A DNA stretch of 64,000 nt from Chara braunii (lineage: Eukaryota > Plantae > Charophyceae), in contig BFEA01000030.1 of assembly GCA_003427395.1 (NCBI GenBank), forward strand, positions 3,795,257 to 3,859,256, written 5' to 3'. The notes below the pieces were generated by a model, which worked only from the letters and a program-made list of their open reading frames with translations, did no database searches and was not told the DNA's origin. This document shows positions 25,901-39,727 of this stretch, one piece after another. Numbering within the stretch: the first letter of the stretch is position 1; each line of letters opens with the position of its first letter. The translations under genes and the position numbers were made by a program.

Positions 25901-28282
25901 CCACAGTGCCCTAGGCTGTTCCGCCTCGGTTTAACCCTTTGTTGTCGGGTCTTAGTGGGATGCACACACCCAAACCTTTCTCAGCGGTTCGCAGTCGGTC
26001 AGCCGAAAAACTTCAACAAAATGGAAATAGTAATCATTAAATATATACAAAAAAAATCAAACAAAAAATTGGCGGTTGTACAACACGGCGGAAAAATGGA
26101 GAACAAAGGGAATACTAATATCGCCTTGGCCCTGCCGAACAAACCCGTGGTCTTCAAAACCACGGTGATAGCCCCACCGGGCCCTCACCCCGTCAATTTC
26201 CCTTTTACTGTTCTGAGGCTCCTGCGTCGTCGTCCGCTGGTCTCGATCCCTAACCCCCCCAATCGAAAATCCGTCATCGTAACTTATAGTGCTAGACCCA
26301 GACTCGTTTTGGTATAGGCAATAGCTTATATAAACGGATATCATGTGACGCGCCAGTCAACGCCACGTCTGTGTTTACCAACTAATCCAACGCTCACTGA
26401 CCCTTCGACGTCCAGCACGCAGCTATACAGAATTGTGCCTTCGTCGACGTCGGCCTTCGTACATACGCACTTGTCATGGTGAAATACATTAATAAGAAAT
26501 AAAACATATTGTAATCATAGTTTAATCATAAATAAAGCTTGGCCGACAACTACACAAGTTTTTAAATCATCAATAAGAAAAGAGATAACGAACGCCATAA
26601 GTATGCACGCCCACGCACTCTCTACTCTAGTCAACCATCCAGTTAGCCTCAACGATCAGACTCAACCACAACTCGCGCAGTGTACTCATACCTTAAACTA
26701 AACTTATTTTTTGTCATCTGCAAAAACCAGAGCGGATACCCTTGTAAGGGTATTCGCACCAACAACGCTAACACTATAGTGTAAACTTGTCCCATAGGTT
26801 GGAAAAGGTACAGGTTGGTGGGTGTTTCATCGTTATATACATAGAATGGGGGGGGGGGGGGGGGGTGGAAAAAACAAAGCAGCAAAACAAAGTGAAGTAA
26901 TTGAATCATCGCTTCACACGAACGTAAATAGTGCTCTTATTGGTATACGTGGTGAAAGTATTTTAATTTTAACCTGGACCGGTAGCAAAGCAACATACCA
27001 CTTTATAAAGGTGCACTTGCATACTCGTGACCTTTGGAATATAAGTTCCTGAATTCAGAATCGCATGAACTGATGGTTTAAGAGAAAAATATGAGTTTTG
27101 CTCCACTACTCTTTATTCTCTAAACAATTGGAGCTTATTTGAAAAGTTGTCAAACTAAAAAAAAAAAAAAAAAAAAAAAAACGTTTCCTCGTATTATCCA
27201 TGGTGAGGACTATCCAAATTGGTTAGTCATAAGAAAGTAGAAAAGACATATGGAGGTTCTTATTTGTCCGCCCAACTCCATACATACTCTCCAAAACTGT
27301 GTACTCATCAGTTTCTCATACGAGCGCTCTCGAAATAATGAGTTTGGGAAGTTGAAAACTCTCCCAACTTGAAGGGTGGTTTTCGGGATTGTGTCGTGGC
27401 AACTCTCCAATCATTTTTTAAAACCAGAACCAGAGAGTAAGTGGTGCGGCGCCGAACTCTCAAGAGTGGAGAGAAGCAGAGCGATACTTTATATCATAGT
27501 TAAAATAAAATAAAAAAATATTTGTCTAATTCCTTTATTATCGCTGGAGATAGCTTCCTATTTGACTCTGCCCTTAAAACTTTTTGTAGCACTCGCCAGG
27601 GTACTCGGTTGGGATGTGTAGTAGGGGGCAGAGGGGTCTGAGGGGCTTGAGAGCGTCACAAAGCCGTATGGAATTCAGTTAAGTTTTAACCGCCATACAA
27701 GCGATTTGAGGGACGAGTAGAAGTAGTATAGGCTAAGATAGGAGTAGAGGGCTTAGGGAGTGGAAGGAAGATATTGTGGTAGGGTTCTACTTTTGTTTTA
27801 GTTTGCCTCTATACTTTTTGGTATTCAAAACCACTACCTTCATATACATCAGTCAAGGAGAGGGTCTCCACTGATTTTCCTAGTTCGAAACGAAACGGCA
27901 ACCTCCGATGAAAATTATCAATAGTGGTCGTTGTTGGGCCCAAACTCTGAAGAACGTGGTATAAGTTACATTCTCACTTTTCCCAATATTGTAAAACATA
28001 GTGGAAGTTTGGACAATGCTGTTTAAGTTTTAACTTTATTTGGTTTTGTTTCTTTATTGTATAGTTGGCTGAAATTGGGCATTGATCATAGTAATCTTGT
28101 ATTGAGTCCACCCAGATTGTTTGAGAGGAGTTTTTGACCTCATTTGGTCTTAGATACAACTCTTTGGACTTTCGTCCCCTCCCCCTCCCTGAAAAACTTT
28201 ATTTTTTTTTGCCAATTTCTAAGTTATAATTTTCTCTCAATTTCACATTTCACTACCTACCAACCATTATTAATTTGTCGTT

Positions 28283-29815
28283 AGGGCACGAGTGTGGTTG
28301 GGAAAGGGTAAGGTAGTGATTATGTTGTGTTTATGTTTTGTTGTGTTCGCTATACACAACTCCAATAGCATGTGGGGGGTCACCACTGGTGCTTTATTCA
28401 CGATGTTCATGGGACGTTGAGCCTAGTTTCTAGCAGGTGCCGCTCCTCACGAATAGACAAGATCATTCTACCGTAAATCCATTATAGGGGGATGTTCATG
28501 TCACCTCCTCTAGTGGGTTGAAGAGGTAAACAAAAGAAAAACAAGTGTGTATGTATGTGTGTACACGTTCGTATGTGAGAGTAAGTGAGTTCACGCCCGT
28601 GCGAGTGTGTGTATATGTGTGTGTTAGAGAGAGAGAGAGAGAGCGATGCAACATGCAACATGTTAGTGGCGGGGAGCACAAGGGCGGACACTAACCTCGA
28701 AAAAAAACAAAAAGGTGACGTTATATTCGAATACAATAGTTTTTTTTTTTAATAATCCGAATACAATAAGTACGCGGTCTTTTCGAAGTGTCATTCTATT
28801 TGAGAAAGTGAATCTATGTCGTTTCGATTTTGAAATGTTCTACTAAAGGACTGGGGCCTCCTCGTCCTCCTACGAGCAGCTACCGGTCGTTTCGCAAGCA
28901 ACAACTGTCTGTGCCCCATGAATGCCCCCCCGACAAATTTACTACCCTTCAAACTTCTATTTGGACTCGAATGGATGACCAATATGACCAAATAACGAAA
29001 ATTTGATCGACTTACCGTAAGGGCACGGGTGCACAACCCGTAATATGTTTGTTGATTTGGTTGGGGAAGGGTAAGGTAGTCATTATGTTATGTTTATGTT
29101 TTGTCATATTCGTTGTACACAACTCTAAGAGTGTGTGCGTGTGGGGTCCCAACTGATGCTTTATTCACAATGTTCATTGGACGTTGAACCCAGTTTCAAG
29201 TTGTGGCCGCTCCCCACCAATAGACATGAGCATTATGTCATATGTCCACTATAGGGGGGTGATCATATCATCTCCTCTAGTGGGTTGAAGCGAATTTTTT
29301 TAAGGGGAAAAAAAAAGTGTTTTAATGCGTGTGTGCACATATTTATGTGACAATAAGTGAGTTAGTGAGAATGTGTGTGTGCGTGTGTGTGTATCTGTAT
29401 GTGTGTGTATGTGTTTGTGTGTGTATGTATGTGTGTATGTGTGTGTGTATGAGAGAGAGAGAGAGGGCCTTGCAACATGTATCATGTTAGTGGCAGGGAC
29501 GACAAGGGCAGACGCTAACCTTAGAAGAAAAAAAAAATGTTTTATTCGAACACCAAAGTTTTTTTTTTCTTCAAAATATCAATAAAAAACGCACACGTTG
29601 TATTCGAATACAATGTGTATGTGGTCTAATACCGTTCCGAGTTTGAAATGTTGAACTCCAGGACCTTGACCTCCCGACCTCCTACGGACAGTTATCGGTC
29701 CTCTGCAAGCAACAACCGTCGGTTCCTCATCAATTTTCCCCCCAACAAATTCACCACCTTTTTTACCCGAACGGACGACCGGTACTTCCAAACGACAAAA
29801 AATGATTCAGGGGTA
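28283..29815 (+). mobile_element. Two head-to-tail copies of an approximately 740-bp non-coding repeat
   Basis: agggcacg.gtg...gaagggtaaggtagt...tattcgaataca blocks repeated from 28283 and about 29010. Confidence 0.75.
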
Positions 29816-30458
29816 TAAAATGCATCCCTAACGAGCTACGAACTTAGGGGTGCAACCCTAACAGGCTGTCAACTCATAACCTGCGCAAGGGACCCCCCGA
29901 CCTAATCGGTGGCGGTCAGGGAGTAAGGCGGGTTTGCTAGTCGGAGTAGGCGGCCCGGCTCACGCAAAGACCTAGCCTTTTGGCAGTAGATGCACCTCCC
30001 ATCTACTTCCCCAACCACCAATCAAGTACCAACAGTGTCTATGATCAGTTCTCTCCCACACACCATGCACACGCACAACAGTGATGGTCAAGACTGTACT
30101 AATACCGAACAAGGGGAGTAAGCCAACCATGTCAGGGTCTCGACACACCACTTTTGAAAATGTACTTTCAAGAGTCTTTGCACCGCCACAACCCTCGGTT
30201 TGTGTGTTTTGCTTAAAACCTACCTTAATTTGTTATACAGGAATCGACCGATAAAATGTCATATAATTTGTTGTCAGAATCAAACGTTGTAAACCTCTTG
30301 AAGGTATAAGCTCAATTTTTTTTCGAAGAGATGTCAGAAACGGTTTTTAAAAGTTGCTTTTGAAATCACCGAATCCCCAGCCTGCGAAACTTTAGCTTTA
30401 GTTGCTCGGCTGAGCACCGGAAGGACCCTCGATTATTTTTACTATTATTTTAAGGTTA

Positions 30459-31209
30459 CCGTCTTAACCCGAAAACAAGGTACGTACCTTGTATTCAAGT
30501 TACCTTTGAAAAACGGGTTATAAAAAATCGTTGTTAAATTTTTGAATAGAAGGTACCCTACGTACCTTGTATTCAACTACAGGGTACCTACCTTATTTTT
30601 TAACATATGTTTCTTTAGGGACGCTGAACCTGGTTTTCAACATGTCAAGTTCCCCACAAGTAGATGGAGCCTGCAGTTAAAAAAAAAAAAAAAAAAAATG
30701 TGCCTTNNNNNNNNNNNNNNNNNNNNNNNNNNNNNNNNNNNNNNNNNNNNNNNNNNNNNNNNNNNNNNNNNNNNNNNNNNNNNNNNNNNNNNNNNNNNNN
30801 NNNNNCTCTCTCTAGCGTGCGTTGTCCACGCACGCACTTGCTTCCACGCACGAACACTACTCTCTCTCTCTCTCTATTTATCTATCTTTCTCTCTCTCTT
30901 TCTCTCTTTCTCTTTCCCCCTCTCTCTGCCCCCACCTCCCACACACACAAATACACACTCAAACACACGTAACATTCGAATGCATACCGGATCGTGATCA
31001 CGCAACGTAGTCAATGTGTTATAAAAAGAAAAAAAAAAATTCACGTTGCAGCCTTATTCTGGTAGCGGTTGATTTTGTTATATTCGTTACGTTATTACTT
31101 TTTCCCGTTCGCCTAAGAAAGTTGCATCATAAAATTTGTTATATAAGGTACATACCTTGTATTCGAATACAAGGTACAAGGTACGTACCTCATTTTTGGG
31201 TTAAGATGA
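30459..31209. mobile_element. Tc1/mariner-like MITE
   Basis: About 35-bp imperfect TIRs (ccgtcttaacccgaaaacaaggtacgtaccttgta), TA on both sides; spans an N gap. Confidence 0.65.
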
Positions 31210-32205
31210 TAGTTTTATAAATTACGTCAAGACACCTGTTCCTGAAGAATTCGGGGCTGGGACTTAGGGGCGACAAGTCTCATAAATCTTAGTTTTATAT
31301 TTATCCACACGCAAATGAAAAAGAGAAAAAAAAAAACCTTTTCTCTATCGCAATGATGTCGGACAGGGTAGTCTAGGAGGTCGTGCTCACAGTCTTCCTC
31401 TGCATAATTAATCTTACAACTAATACGGTCACATTCATAATTTTTTTTTTTTTTTTTTTTTTTTTTCCCTCTTTCTTATAGTCCTCTGCCAACGAGGCAG
31501 GACGGAATGTGTGATTTCCTCAAGTTGTGTTTTCTCATAGGATTATAACGCTAATCACACTGAAACTTCAAAAAATGTATCCAATTATTTTCACGTCCGA
31601 TTCCGTGTTTTCATTTTTTCCCCTCCTTTTGTATTTTTTTAACCTGACAACTCGGCCACGTGGTCGAGGGCCTCGCCACATGAATGTCGAAATATATTAC
31701 GACATTCGACGTATGTCATGAACTTCTCATCATTCTCTCATTCGAAAAAAAAAACACTTCGCCACATATCATGTCGAAGTGGATAACTCATAAGTCTTAC
31801 GCACAAAAGTGACAAACCTGGGATGAAGATAGTAAAAATGTTGGTCCGTTCTCTCTTTCGACATTCGGGCAAGAACTTGACATCCCATCGGATAACTATT
31901 GAAAATGTCAAAGTTGCAGGTTGGGAAACCAACCTTGCTCGAGAGGAGGTGTCGAAACCCTTTCCCTAACAATTTCTGATTTATTTTTTTTCATATTGGA
32001 TTTCGACAGGCTGTGTTGCGAGGATAAATTATTGAAAATGCCGTTTTCGACATTGGTGCGGCGAGACTATGAGATGCCCTCACTCATTGAGGACACACTA
32101 ACACTACCACTTGTAATAATGTATACAAGTGCAATCATGACGAAGACTTTGTTTTGTTTTTTTTTTTTAGTTTCACGGCCACAACTTTTTTTTCTTTTTC
32201 TTTTT

Positions 32206-32584
32206 GGGATAATTTGCTAAATACCCCCATAAGTTGAGATATATATCAAAATGCCCCTAATAGATGTGGGTGAAGCGGAATGCCCCTCTGACAAAAAAAT
32301 ATTTTATGAGATACCCCTGGTGTCAGTTGGACCCCCATTTTTGCAATAAACCTTTACTGAGTACCGTCCAACTTTGCAAAATGCCCCAGTACTTGCCAAC
32401 TTCTCCGAGGCGCTATTCCAAACGGCCAAGGCCCAAACCGGGAGTTCCAGATTGCAAAATTGCACACCCGCCTGACAGAAGCACAACACAAAGATTTCGG
32501 CCCAAAGAGGCATTCTGTTCTACTTACATTTTTCGGCATTTTGGCATGTATCTTAACTTATGGGGGTATTTTGCAAATTATTTC
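32206..32584. mobile_element. Mutator-like MITE
   Basis: About 50-bp imperfect TIRs gggataatttgctaaatacccccataagtt... and ...aacttatgggggtattttgcaaattatttc, with T-rich flanks. Confidence 0.72.
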
Positions 32585-33049
32585 TTTTTTTTTTCTCTTT
32601 CTATGAGAGTACCAAAAAAAAAATGGAGTGAGAGGAGTGAGACCTAGGCTCGGCAAACTCAGAGCGCAGTAAAATTCAAGCTCGAGAAAAACAGTCTAGG
32701 AGGTTCTAGTGGCGTAAGCCCAACCCTCCATTTTCAAGAGGTGTCAAACACAGTACTGAACAAAAAACAAAAACATATTCGCATCTTTTATGCATAGTGT
32801 GACGAGAGTTGCACTTTCAAGAGTGCTGTGTGGCCAAGGGCCAAAAACTCTTAAACGCTTGACAACTCTTGAAACCTTTCATCGTTTCAAGAATGGTGTG
32901 GCGAGGCGCTCAGTTGAATACGACCAGGATTGCCGCAGGTGGTCAAGGGGATTTGCAGTCCGTCAGGGGTGCGTTTCCCCCCCAGGAACATTTTTCGTCG
33001 TCGTTCGTTATACGGTCGTTGGAAGGCTGTAAAAACAAGGCATGGCAGT

Positions 33050-33409
33050 TTAGGGGGTGGTGGCATCTTATTTGAAACTCCACGACCGTTAGCTGCCCGT
33101 GGAACTGCACCGGTTTTGGTCAAGGACCGCGTAGGACCGGTAGCTGCACGTAGGAGGCTGAGGAGGCTGCAGTCCTTTTTCAAAATTAAAACGGTGCGGG
33201 TCCACTTTTCTCGAATAGCAGAGTTTCTCGAATGAAAACGCACGCATTGTATTCGAATACAACCTATATCCTTTCTATTCGGATTTCAATTTTTTTTTTT
33301 TTTTGGTATTCCGATAAAATCACTTGTTCTTTTTGTTGGAGGTCAGCACCTGCCCTTGTGCTCCCCGCCACTGACATGCTGTATGCTGCAGGTCTCTCTC
33401 TCTCTCTTT

Positions 33410-33451
<42 letters not shown>

Positions 33452-33491
33452 TGCACGCACACGCGCACACTCTCTCTCTCTCTCTAACACA

Positions 33492-33528
<37 letters not shown>

Positions 33529-33702
33529 TTCTCCTGTCTATTGATGGGGAGCGCCACCTGCTGGAAACTGGGTCCAGCGTCCCATGAATATCGTGAATAA
33601 AGCATCAACCGGGACCCCCTACACACACTCTCTACTTTACCCTTCCCGAACCCCATAAACAAACGAACTACCGGCTGCTCACCCGTGCCCTCACGGTAAG
33701 TC
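33050..33702 (-). mobile_element. Third, inverted copy of the 28283-29815 repeat
   Basis: Reverse complement gacttaccgtgagggcacgggtg...gggaagggtaaagtag...tgtattcgaataca. Confidence 0.72.
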
Positions 33703-34452
33703 AATTGAACCCAAGACCTCCTGAACACCACTTGCGTGCCTAACCATCTAAGTCGACCACTTGCTCGCTTCCTATTTGCTCTCGCCCAGCCATCTCCCGG
33801 GGCTAGGTCCCACTTACACGAATTAAGCGATATTGGCCGTAGATAGCAAAGATCAACGGCCAGAATCTCCGTGGAAGTGGGACCTTGCGCCCCGGGAGAG
33901 GGTCCAAAATTGGTCAGGACTATTTTTTCGTTTGTGCCTTTCGAGGGCCATACCTCTCGCAGTACCCTGAACGCGGACTGACCAAAAGCCTTCTGCGTCA
34001 CCCGCTACCGTTCCGCGGAATCCAGCGTTCACTGATGTGGCAAAGAAGGCGGGAAGTTGGGATTGGTGGTTGTGGACGCGGCGGCTCGGCTTTCCTCTTT
34101 TGTAGGGGTAGGCGGTTAGGGTTTTTTCGTATCTTCTTCCGCGTGGGTCTTGATCGTCGCACAGGGCTTTGGAATGGGTGGTGTAAGGCAGCCGTAACGT
34201 CGCATGGGACATTGATTTGACAGCGTGGGCTTTGTGCGACAGTTGCCCATCACATGCGATCGTGCGAAGCGGGATGGGAACGTTTCGCCTCGTCGTCGCC
34301 ATCGCTATTGCCATCCTGCTCACGAATTTCGATTTCCGTTTGCTTTGCATGCACTAGTCTTCGTTTATTTCACGGGTTCTTAGTTATTCTTCTCTCTGGG
34401 ATACGGTCATGCGGACGATGCTGTAGGTAGAGAAGAGAGAGTCCAAGCGACC

Positions 34453-34501
34453 GATCGATCGATCGATCGAGCGAGAGCGAGAGCGAGCGAGCGAGCGAGC
34501 G

Positions 34502-34546
<45 letters not shown>
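34453..34546 (+). promoter_or_regulatory. GA-repeat tract in the promoter/5' UTR of the SICKLE-like gene
   Basis: (GATC)n(GAGC)n(GA)n ending 90 bp before the ATG; a regulatory role is inferred only. Confidence 0.35.
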
Positions 34547-34549
<3 letters not shown>

Positions 34550-34636
34550 GGTTGTCTGTGTAGCGAGTGCCTGGTCAAGGCACAGTCAAGGTACACCTGA
34601 TTGTGAAGTAGTTGGAGGCTGATCAGTGAGGAAGAC

Positions 34637-35926
34637 ATGGAGCCTGCGGCAGCGAGGAGGCTAAAGTTGAAGGCAATGAGAGCGGCGGCTGACGGAGCGG
34701 GGACAACTGCAAGGCATGAGAGCAGCGGAACGATGTTGAGCAATCCGTTGGCGTCGACGGGCGGTCCCGACGGTCAGTCAATGCAAAGCTCATTTCAGTA
34801 CAGAGCCAATGCTTTTGGCGAGACATTCATGAAGGCGCCAGCGATGATGGGGGTCAGCTTTGCATCACCAACGCTGAAGAATTGCGGCAACAATTCTGGA
34901 TCAGGTCTTCTGGGTGCTTGCCCTCCGTCTCCGTCACAATATGCCCGTCCTCATTATGATCGAGTAGCGGCGCCATCAGCTTCCACCTGTCAGCTGGCGT
35001 CTTCCTCGCAGGGGCCTAACGGCGTGATGTCGCCATTCAATGGCGCGCATTGCAGTAACGGTGCTTTTCAACAACCAGCAGCTGGTGGCGGCGCTGCAAG
35101 CGGATGGTTCTCTCCGCCGGCGATGCCATCAAGTAGGGTTGACTTAGCGCACTCTGGGCCGTCAGATTTTGGCGGGAAGCACTCTGGGCCGTCAGCTTTT
35201 GGCGGGAATCCTAGAAATCTCGGACGACCGACGAACGTTGGCGTGGGGAGGAACAACTACAATTCTCCCAGCTTTAGATCAAATAATGGCGCGAACAAAT
35301 CAGACGGTGGTAGAGCATCCGCCCTATCTAACGGCGGTTTCAATGGAACGGGCAGCACGTCGTTCGGCGCGGCGTCTTCTGTGAGTGGAGGTGGGAGTGC
35401 TGGTGGCGGATGGCGTGAAAGCTTCACATACTCCTCGAGTCCAGGCGAGAGGGACTTCAATCATACGGGGAGGAGGCTGTCTAGAGGGCCGAAGGCGCTA
35501 AGGATGTGTGGCGGTAATGCAACACCAACCGCTTCCAACGCCGCCAGTACGAGAGGGATGAACTATGCCCGTTACGTGAAGAAAAGTATGTTGGAAGACC
35601 CTTGGGCTCAGCTCGAGGCATCCTTGCCAGTCTATCAGAAGGAGAATTGTGTTGGGTCCCCTGTGTCTGCGACGCCGCCTAAGTCGTGTATGGAATCGAC
35701 GCCGGGCTCGGCGGAATCGTCTGTATCGTTTGACAACCGCGCGGAGAAGTTCATGCTGCTATTGCCCTCACCTGTTCAGATGAGAGATCTTCAGGCAGTA
35801 GCCTCTCCGGTGATTAAAGCGGGGCGGGATATAAACGAAATGAAGACTGACGATACCCTTCCGTCTGGCTCCCTTAGGTTCACCTCTGCTGTGCCCGAGA
35901 TGGTTGCAGATGGCGGAGGCTGGTAA
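34637..35926 (+). CDS. SIC: SICKLE-like / MPLKIP (TTDN1)-motif protein, 429 aa, single exon
   Basis: N-terminal RRLKLKAMR and LSNPL, P/G/S/N-rich middle, and YVKKSMLEDPWAQL motif; same motif order as Arabidopsis SICKLE. Confidence 0.8.
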   Translation: MEPAAARRLKLKAMRAAADGAGTTARHESSGTMLSNPLASTGGPDGQSMQSSFQYRANAFGETFMKAPAMMGVSFASPTLKNCGNNSGSGLLGACPPSPSQYARPHYDRVAAPSASTCQLASSSQGPNGVMSPFNGAHCSNGAFQQPAAGGGAASGWFSPPAMPSSRVDLAHSGPSDFGGKHSGPSAFGGNPRNLGRPTNVGVGRNNYNSPSFRSNNGANKSDGGRASALSNGGFNGTGSTSFGAASSVSGGGSAGGGWRESFTYSSSPGERDFNHTGRRLSRGPKALRMCGGNATPTASNAASTRGMNYARYVKKSMLEDPWAQLEASLPVYQKENCVGSPVSATPPKSCMESTPGSAESSVSFDNRAEKFMLLLPSPVQMRDLQAVASPVIKAGRDINEMKTDDTLPSGSLRFTSAVPEMVADGGGW

Positions 35927-36682
35927 TGTAGTAGATATATACTTAGTCATCGCTCAACCTGTTATCCACGTGGGTGGCCTTGTACGTACGAGGTGACGAA
36001 CAGGTGGGGCTTTCCTTCTTTTTCTTTTTCTTGTTCTGTCTTTTTCCGCCTTTGCGGTCCGATTTCGTGCAGAGAACGGGACTGCCGCAGAAAAAGTGTC
36101 GTGATGTGTGGATTTTATGGTTGCTGACGATTTGCAAGTCTTACTTTCTTGCCAAATGGAGGGTGTGTTGTGAGATTGGGTTTCTAGCTGTCAAGGCCAC
36201 CGGTTCCACCCGATGGTGTGTGACGGTTTCCGCTTCAGAAGTTGTGGCTGCCTGGCAGGTGGGAGCTGTAGCGCAATAGGAGTCATAGATCTCAGTTGTT
36301 CCCACAGCGATCTGAATCAAAGGTCGGGTTGTTTCCACGGCAATAGGAATCTTAGGTGCGGCTATTGTCATCGGGATTACGATCTTTGGTGCGGTTGATG
36401 GCACGGCGATCGGGATCGGAATCTTAGATTCAGCGGGTTCCGTTTAAGGTCTTCGGCCTGCGCTTTAGTTTTCTGATTTGTGCTATCTGTGCGGTTACTA
36501 TGGCCTTGACTCGCTTGATTGCTCGCATGGAAGAGATGTTCCTCCGTCAATGGGCCCACAGATTCCATCCTTAATCCACTATCCTTGAGGCGGTGGATAC
36601 CTCTCAATGCGTGAAAGTCATCGTCAGAGGAATGGATGGAAAGGGGATGAAAGAGGCGATAGAGGGATGTGTGTCTGTGTGC

Positions 36683-36757
<75 letters not shown>

Positions 36758-37030
36758 TGGAGGGCGTTCGAGGTGGCTAAGCGTCTGGGGAAGGTGACCG
36801 CGTTCTCTGGTTTTGAATTCTGGACTAATGACGAGGTATCGGTCTTGCTGTGGCGAGGGAAGGGGGACACACACACACACACAGAACTGGAGGGCGTTCG
36901 AGGTGGCTAAGCGTCTGGGGAAGGTGACCGCGTTCTNGGTGACCGCGTTCTCTGGTTTTGAATTCTGGACTAATGACGAGGTATCCGTCTTGCTGTGGCG
37001 AGGGAAGGGGGACACACACACACACACAGA

Positions 37031-37109
<79 letters not shown>

Positions 37110-37567
37110 ACGTCTAGGGATGGGAACCGCGTTATCTGTTTTTGACTACTTCACGACTATCAGGTCTTGATAGAGCTAAGGGTGGAGGTGAGGATAGCGG
37201 AAGGAAGAGACGAAGGAGGCAAGGTGGGGAAAGTGTTAAGCGCGTGCTACATCAGATGCTATAAAGTCTGAGAGAAACTCGGCGCGGCAGAACAACCCGT
37301 TGGCTTCGCAGGGCTCTGCAGGCAATTATTCCTGTTTGGAAGTTCGTTTCAGTCGCGCGCCATTTAAGAGCCAATTCTTTTGGCACTGATGTCAGAAAGA
37401 GTTTCCGATGTGTGGTCTTCAGCTCTCCCACTCCGAAGCAAGGCGACCATGAGTTGGGTCTTACAGGTTGGCTTTGCGTCTCTAAGGTGCATATCCACCG
37501 CGATTCCATCAGCAGGCAAGAGGAAGAGGAAGAGGAAGGCCGTGCGTGATGAAGGAACAGCAAACAT

Positions 37568-37642
<75 letters not shown>

Positions 37643-38121
37643 CGGCGATATCCGATCGTTTGTCGCGTAGATGTGTATCCTGTCTAAGACTAGGCCTGGG
37701 AGGTTGCGGGGTTTCTTTGTTATGTTCTTCTGCGTTTTTTACCGTCTTCCTTCAGAATAGACGTTTTGAAGAAGTTGACGTGGTGGCGGTGAGATTGCCA
37801 AGCGGTACTGATCACTGACAGTGGACGTAACGCGGTCAAGGCGGGCCTGGAATGTGAAAACGCGTGTTTTAACTACGTCTGATATTGGGATCTTATCGAT
37901 TTCGTTCTGATCCGTTACGTTACGTTTCATCTTACGTGTTCCCGTTACGTAAGGCGAGCAGTCGTGACCACTTCGCCTCTCTTCCATGCAGCTTTCTTTT
38001 TGCGTTCTCCTTGTCTCTCTGCATAGCGTCTTTGTTCTCTTGGAAGAACTAACAGACTTGCTTGTCTCTAATTGAACTCGTAATCTCTCTGCGGTACTTT
38101 CCTCTCGCCAATTCTTTTGCG

Positions 38122-38628
38122 CTTGTCAATTTCATGGATATGCACTTACGACGGCTCCTCCTCTCTTCCACGCAGCGTTGTGTTGCCCTCCTTGTGCCTC
38201 TTTCACCGCCGTTTTGTTTTCTTGCAAGAACTAAGACTTGCTCGTCTTTAAGTCGTCCTGCGGTCCTTGGACCTTGCTTGTCAATTTCATGGATATGCAC
38301 TTACCACGGCTCCTCTCTTCCACGCAGCGTTGTGTTGCCCTCCTTGTGCCTCTTTCACCGCCGCTTTGTTTTCTTGCAAGAACTAAGAGACTTGCTCGTC
38401 TTTAAGTCGTCCTGCGGTCCTTGGACCTTGCTTGTCAGTTTCATGGATCTGCACTTACGACGGCTCCCCCTCTCTTCCACGCAGGGTTGTGTTGCCTTCC
38501 TTGTGCCTCTTTCACCGCCGCTTTGTTTTCTTGCAAGAACTAAAGAGACTTGCTTGTCTCTCAGTCGTCCTGCGGTCCATAGACCTTCCTCTCGCCGTTC
38601 ACTGCCCTTGTCAATTTCATGGATATGA
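38122..38628. repeat. About 155-175-bp tandem repeat x3
   Basis: cttgtcaatttcatggatatgcacttac-like unit starts near 38122, 38277, 38431, 38607. Confidence 0.88.
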
Positions 38629-39319
38629 CGAGAGACTTGCTGGTCTCTCTCTATTATTTTCCGGGTTTGACCGCCTTTCTTTTCTGCAAGTACCTCGGCT
38701 ATTGCAGGTAGGTGAGGTGAGGGAGGTATGCTCGCAAGGGAAGGAGATTTCTGTCCGTATGCGATTTCAGAGACGACGGAATTACGGCAGTTCCTATGCA
38801 ATTGTCGTTGGCAAGGGGGAGGCTGCGCTGCTGCGGTCCTCTTCAAGAATTAATATGTGCAGAGCTAGCGCATGGACTCAGTGAGGTTTCCACCAAGCCG
38901 ACAGGGAAACGCCGCGGTGGCAAGAGGCATTGATTTGACTTCGTCTACAGGAAGAGGACAGCGAGCCGCTCGGAATGACATCGCCGGCTTTTTCGAGGAA
39001 GAGGTATGTTCATAACTTCATCACGTTTATCCCTTGCTGTGTGCTCCGTGCAATCATTTTGACACCTGCTCTTTTTTTACCTTTGTAACCTTACGTGTCT
39101 CAGCAACTTATGGAAGTGAGTTGTGGTGTATAGGGACTTAACGATTCCCTCCAGCGAGTTCTATAATGAAAACCACGGAACCGGACTTCCGAACGGCTGA
39201 GGGAAGAACTTGCGTGTCGTTATCCGTGAACGTCTGAGGTCATTATGTTCCAGAGTGTACTCTGCGTGTGTGTTCGTGTGTGTGTGTGTTTCATGTTCTG
39301 GAGTACACACCTGCGTGTG

Positions 39320-39437
39320 TTTATCCGTTGTTGTGGGTGTTTATGCGTTGTTGTGTGTGTGTGTGTGTGTGTGAGAGATAGAGAGAGAGAGAGAGGGAGA
39401 TGCGTTGTTGTGGGTGTCTATGCGTGTCGTGTTTGTT

Positions 39438-39473
<36 letters not shown>

Positions 39474-39509
39474 GCGTTGTTGTGGGTGGCTATGGGTGTC
39501 GTGTTTGTT

Positions 39510-39543
<34 letters not shown>

Positions 39544-39579
39544 GCGTTGTTGTGGGTGTCTATGCGTGTCGTGTTTGTT

Positions 39580-39610
<31 letters not shown>

Positions 39611-39648
39611 GGGAGATGCGCTGTTGTGGGTGTCTATGTGTGTCGTGT

Positions 39649-39722
<74 letters not shown>
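39320..39722. repeat. Compound minisatellite: gcgttgttgtgggtgtctatg + (TG)n(AG)n, about 5 units
   Basis: Direct reading. Confidence 0.85.

Positions 39723-39727
<5 letters not shown>

Noticed and set aside
36758-37030. About 125-bp tandem duplication
   Set aside because: Nearly identical copies with an internal N between microsatellites; likely a gap-filling artefact
38872-39003. ATG-initiated 44-codon segment ending at GAG|GTATGT, a possible first exon
   Set aside because: No recognisable homology, and the candidate next exon near 42460-42630 has stops in the frames I checked
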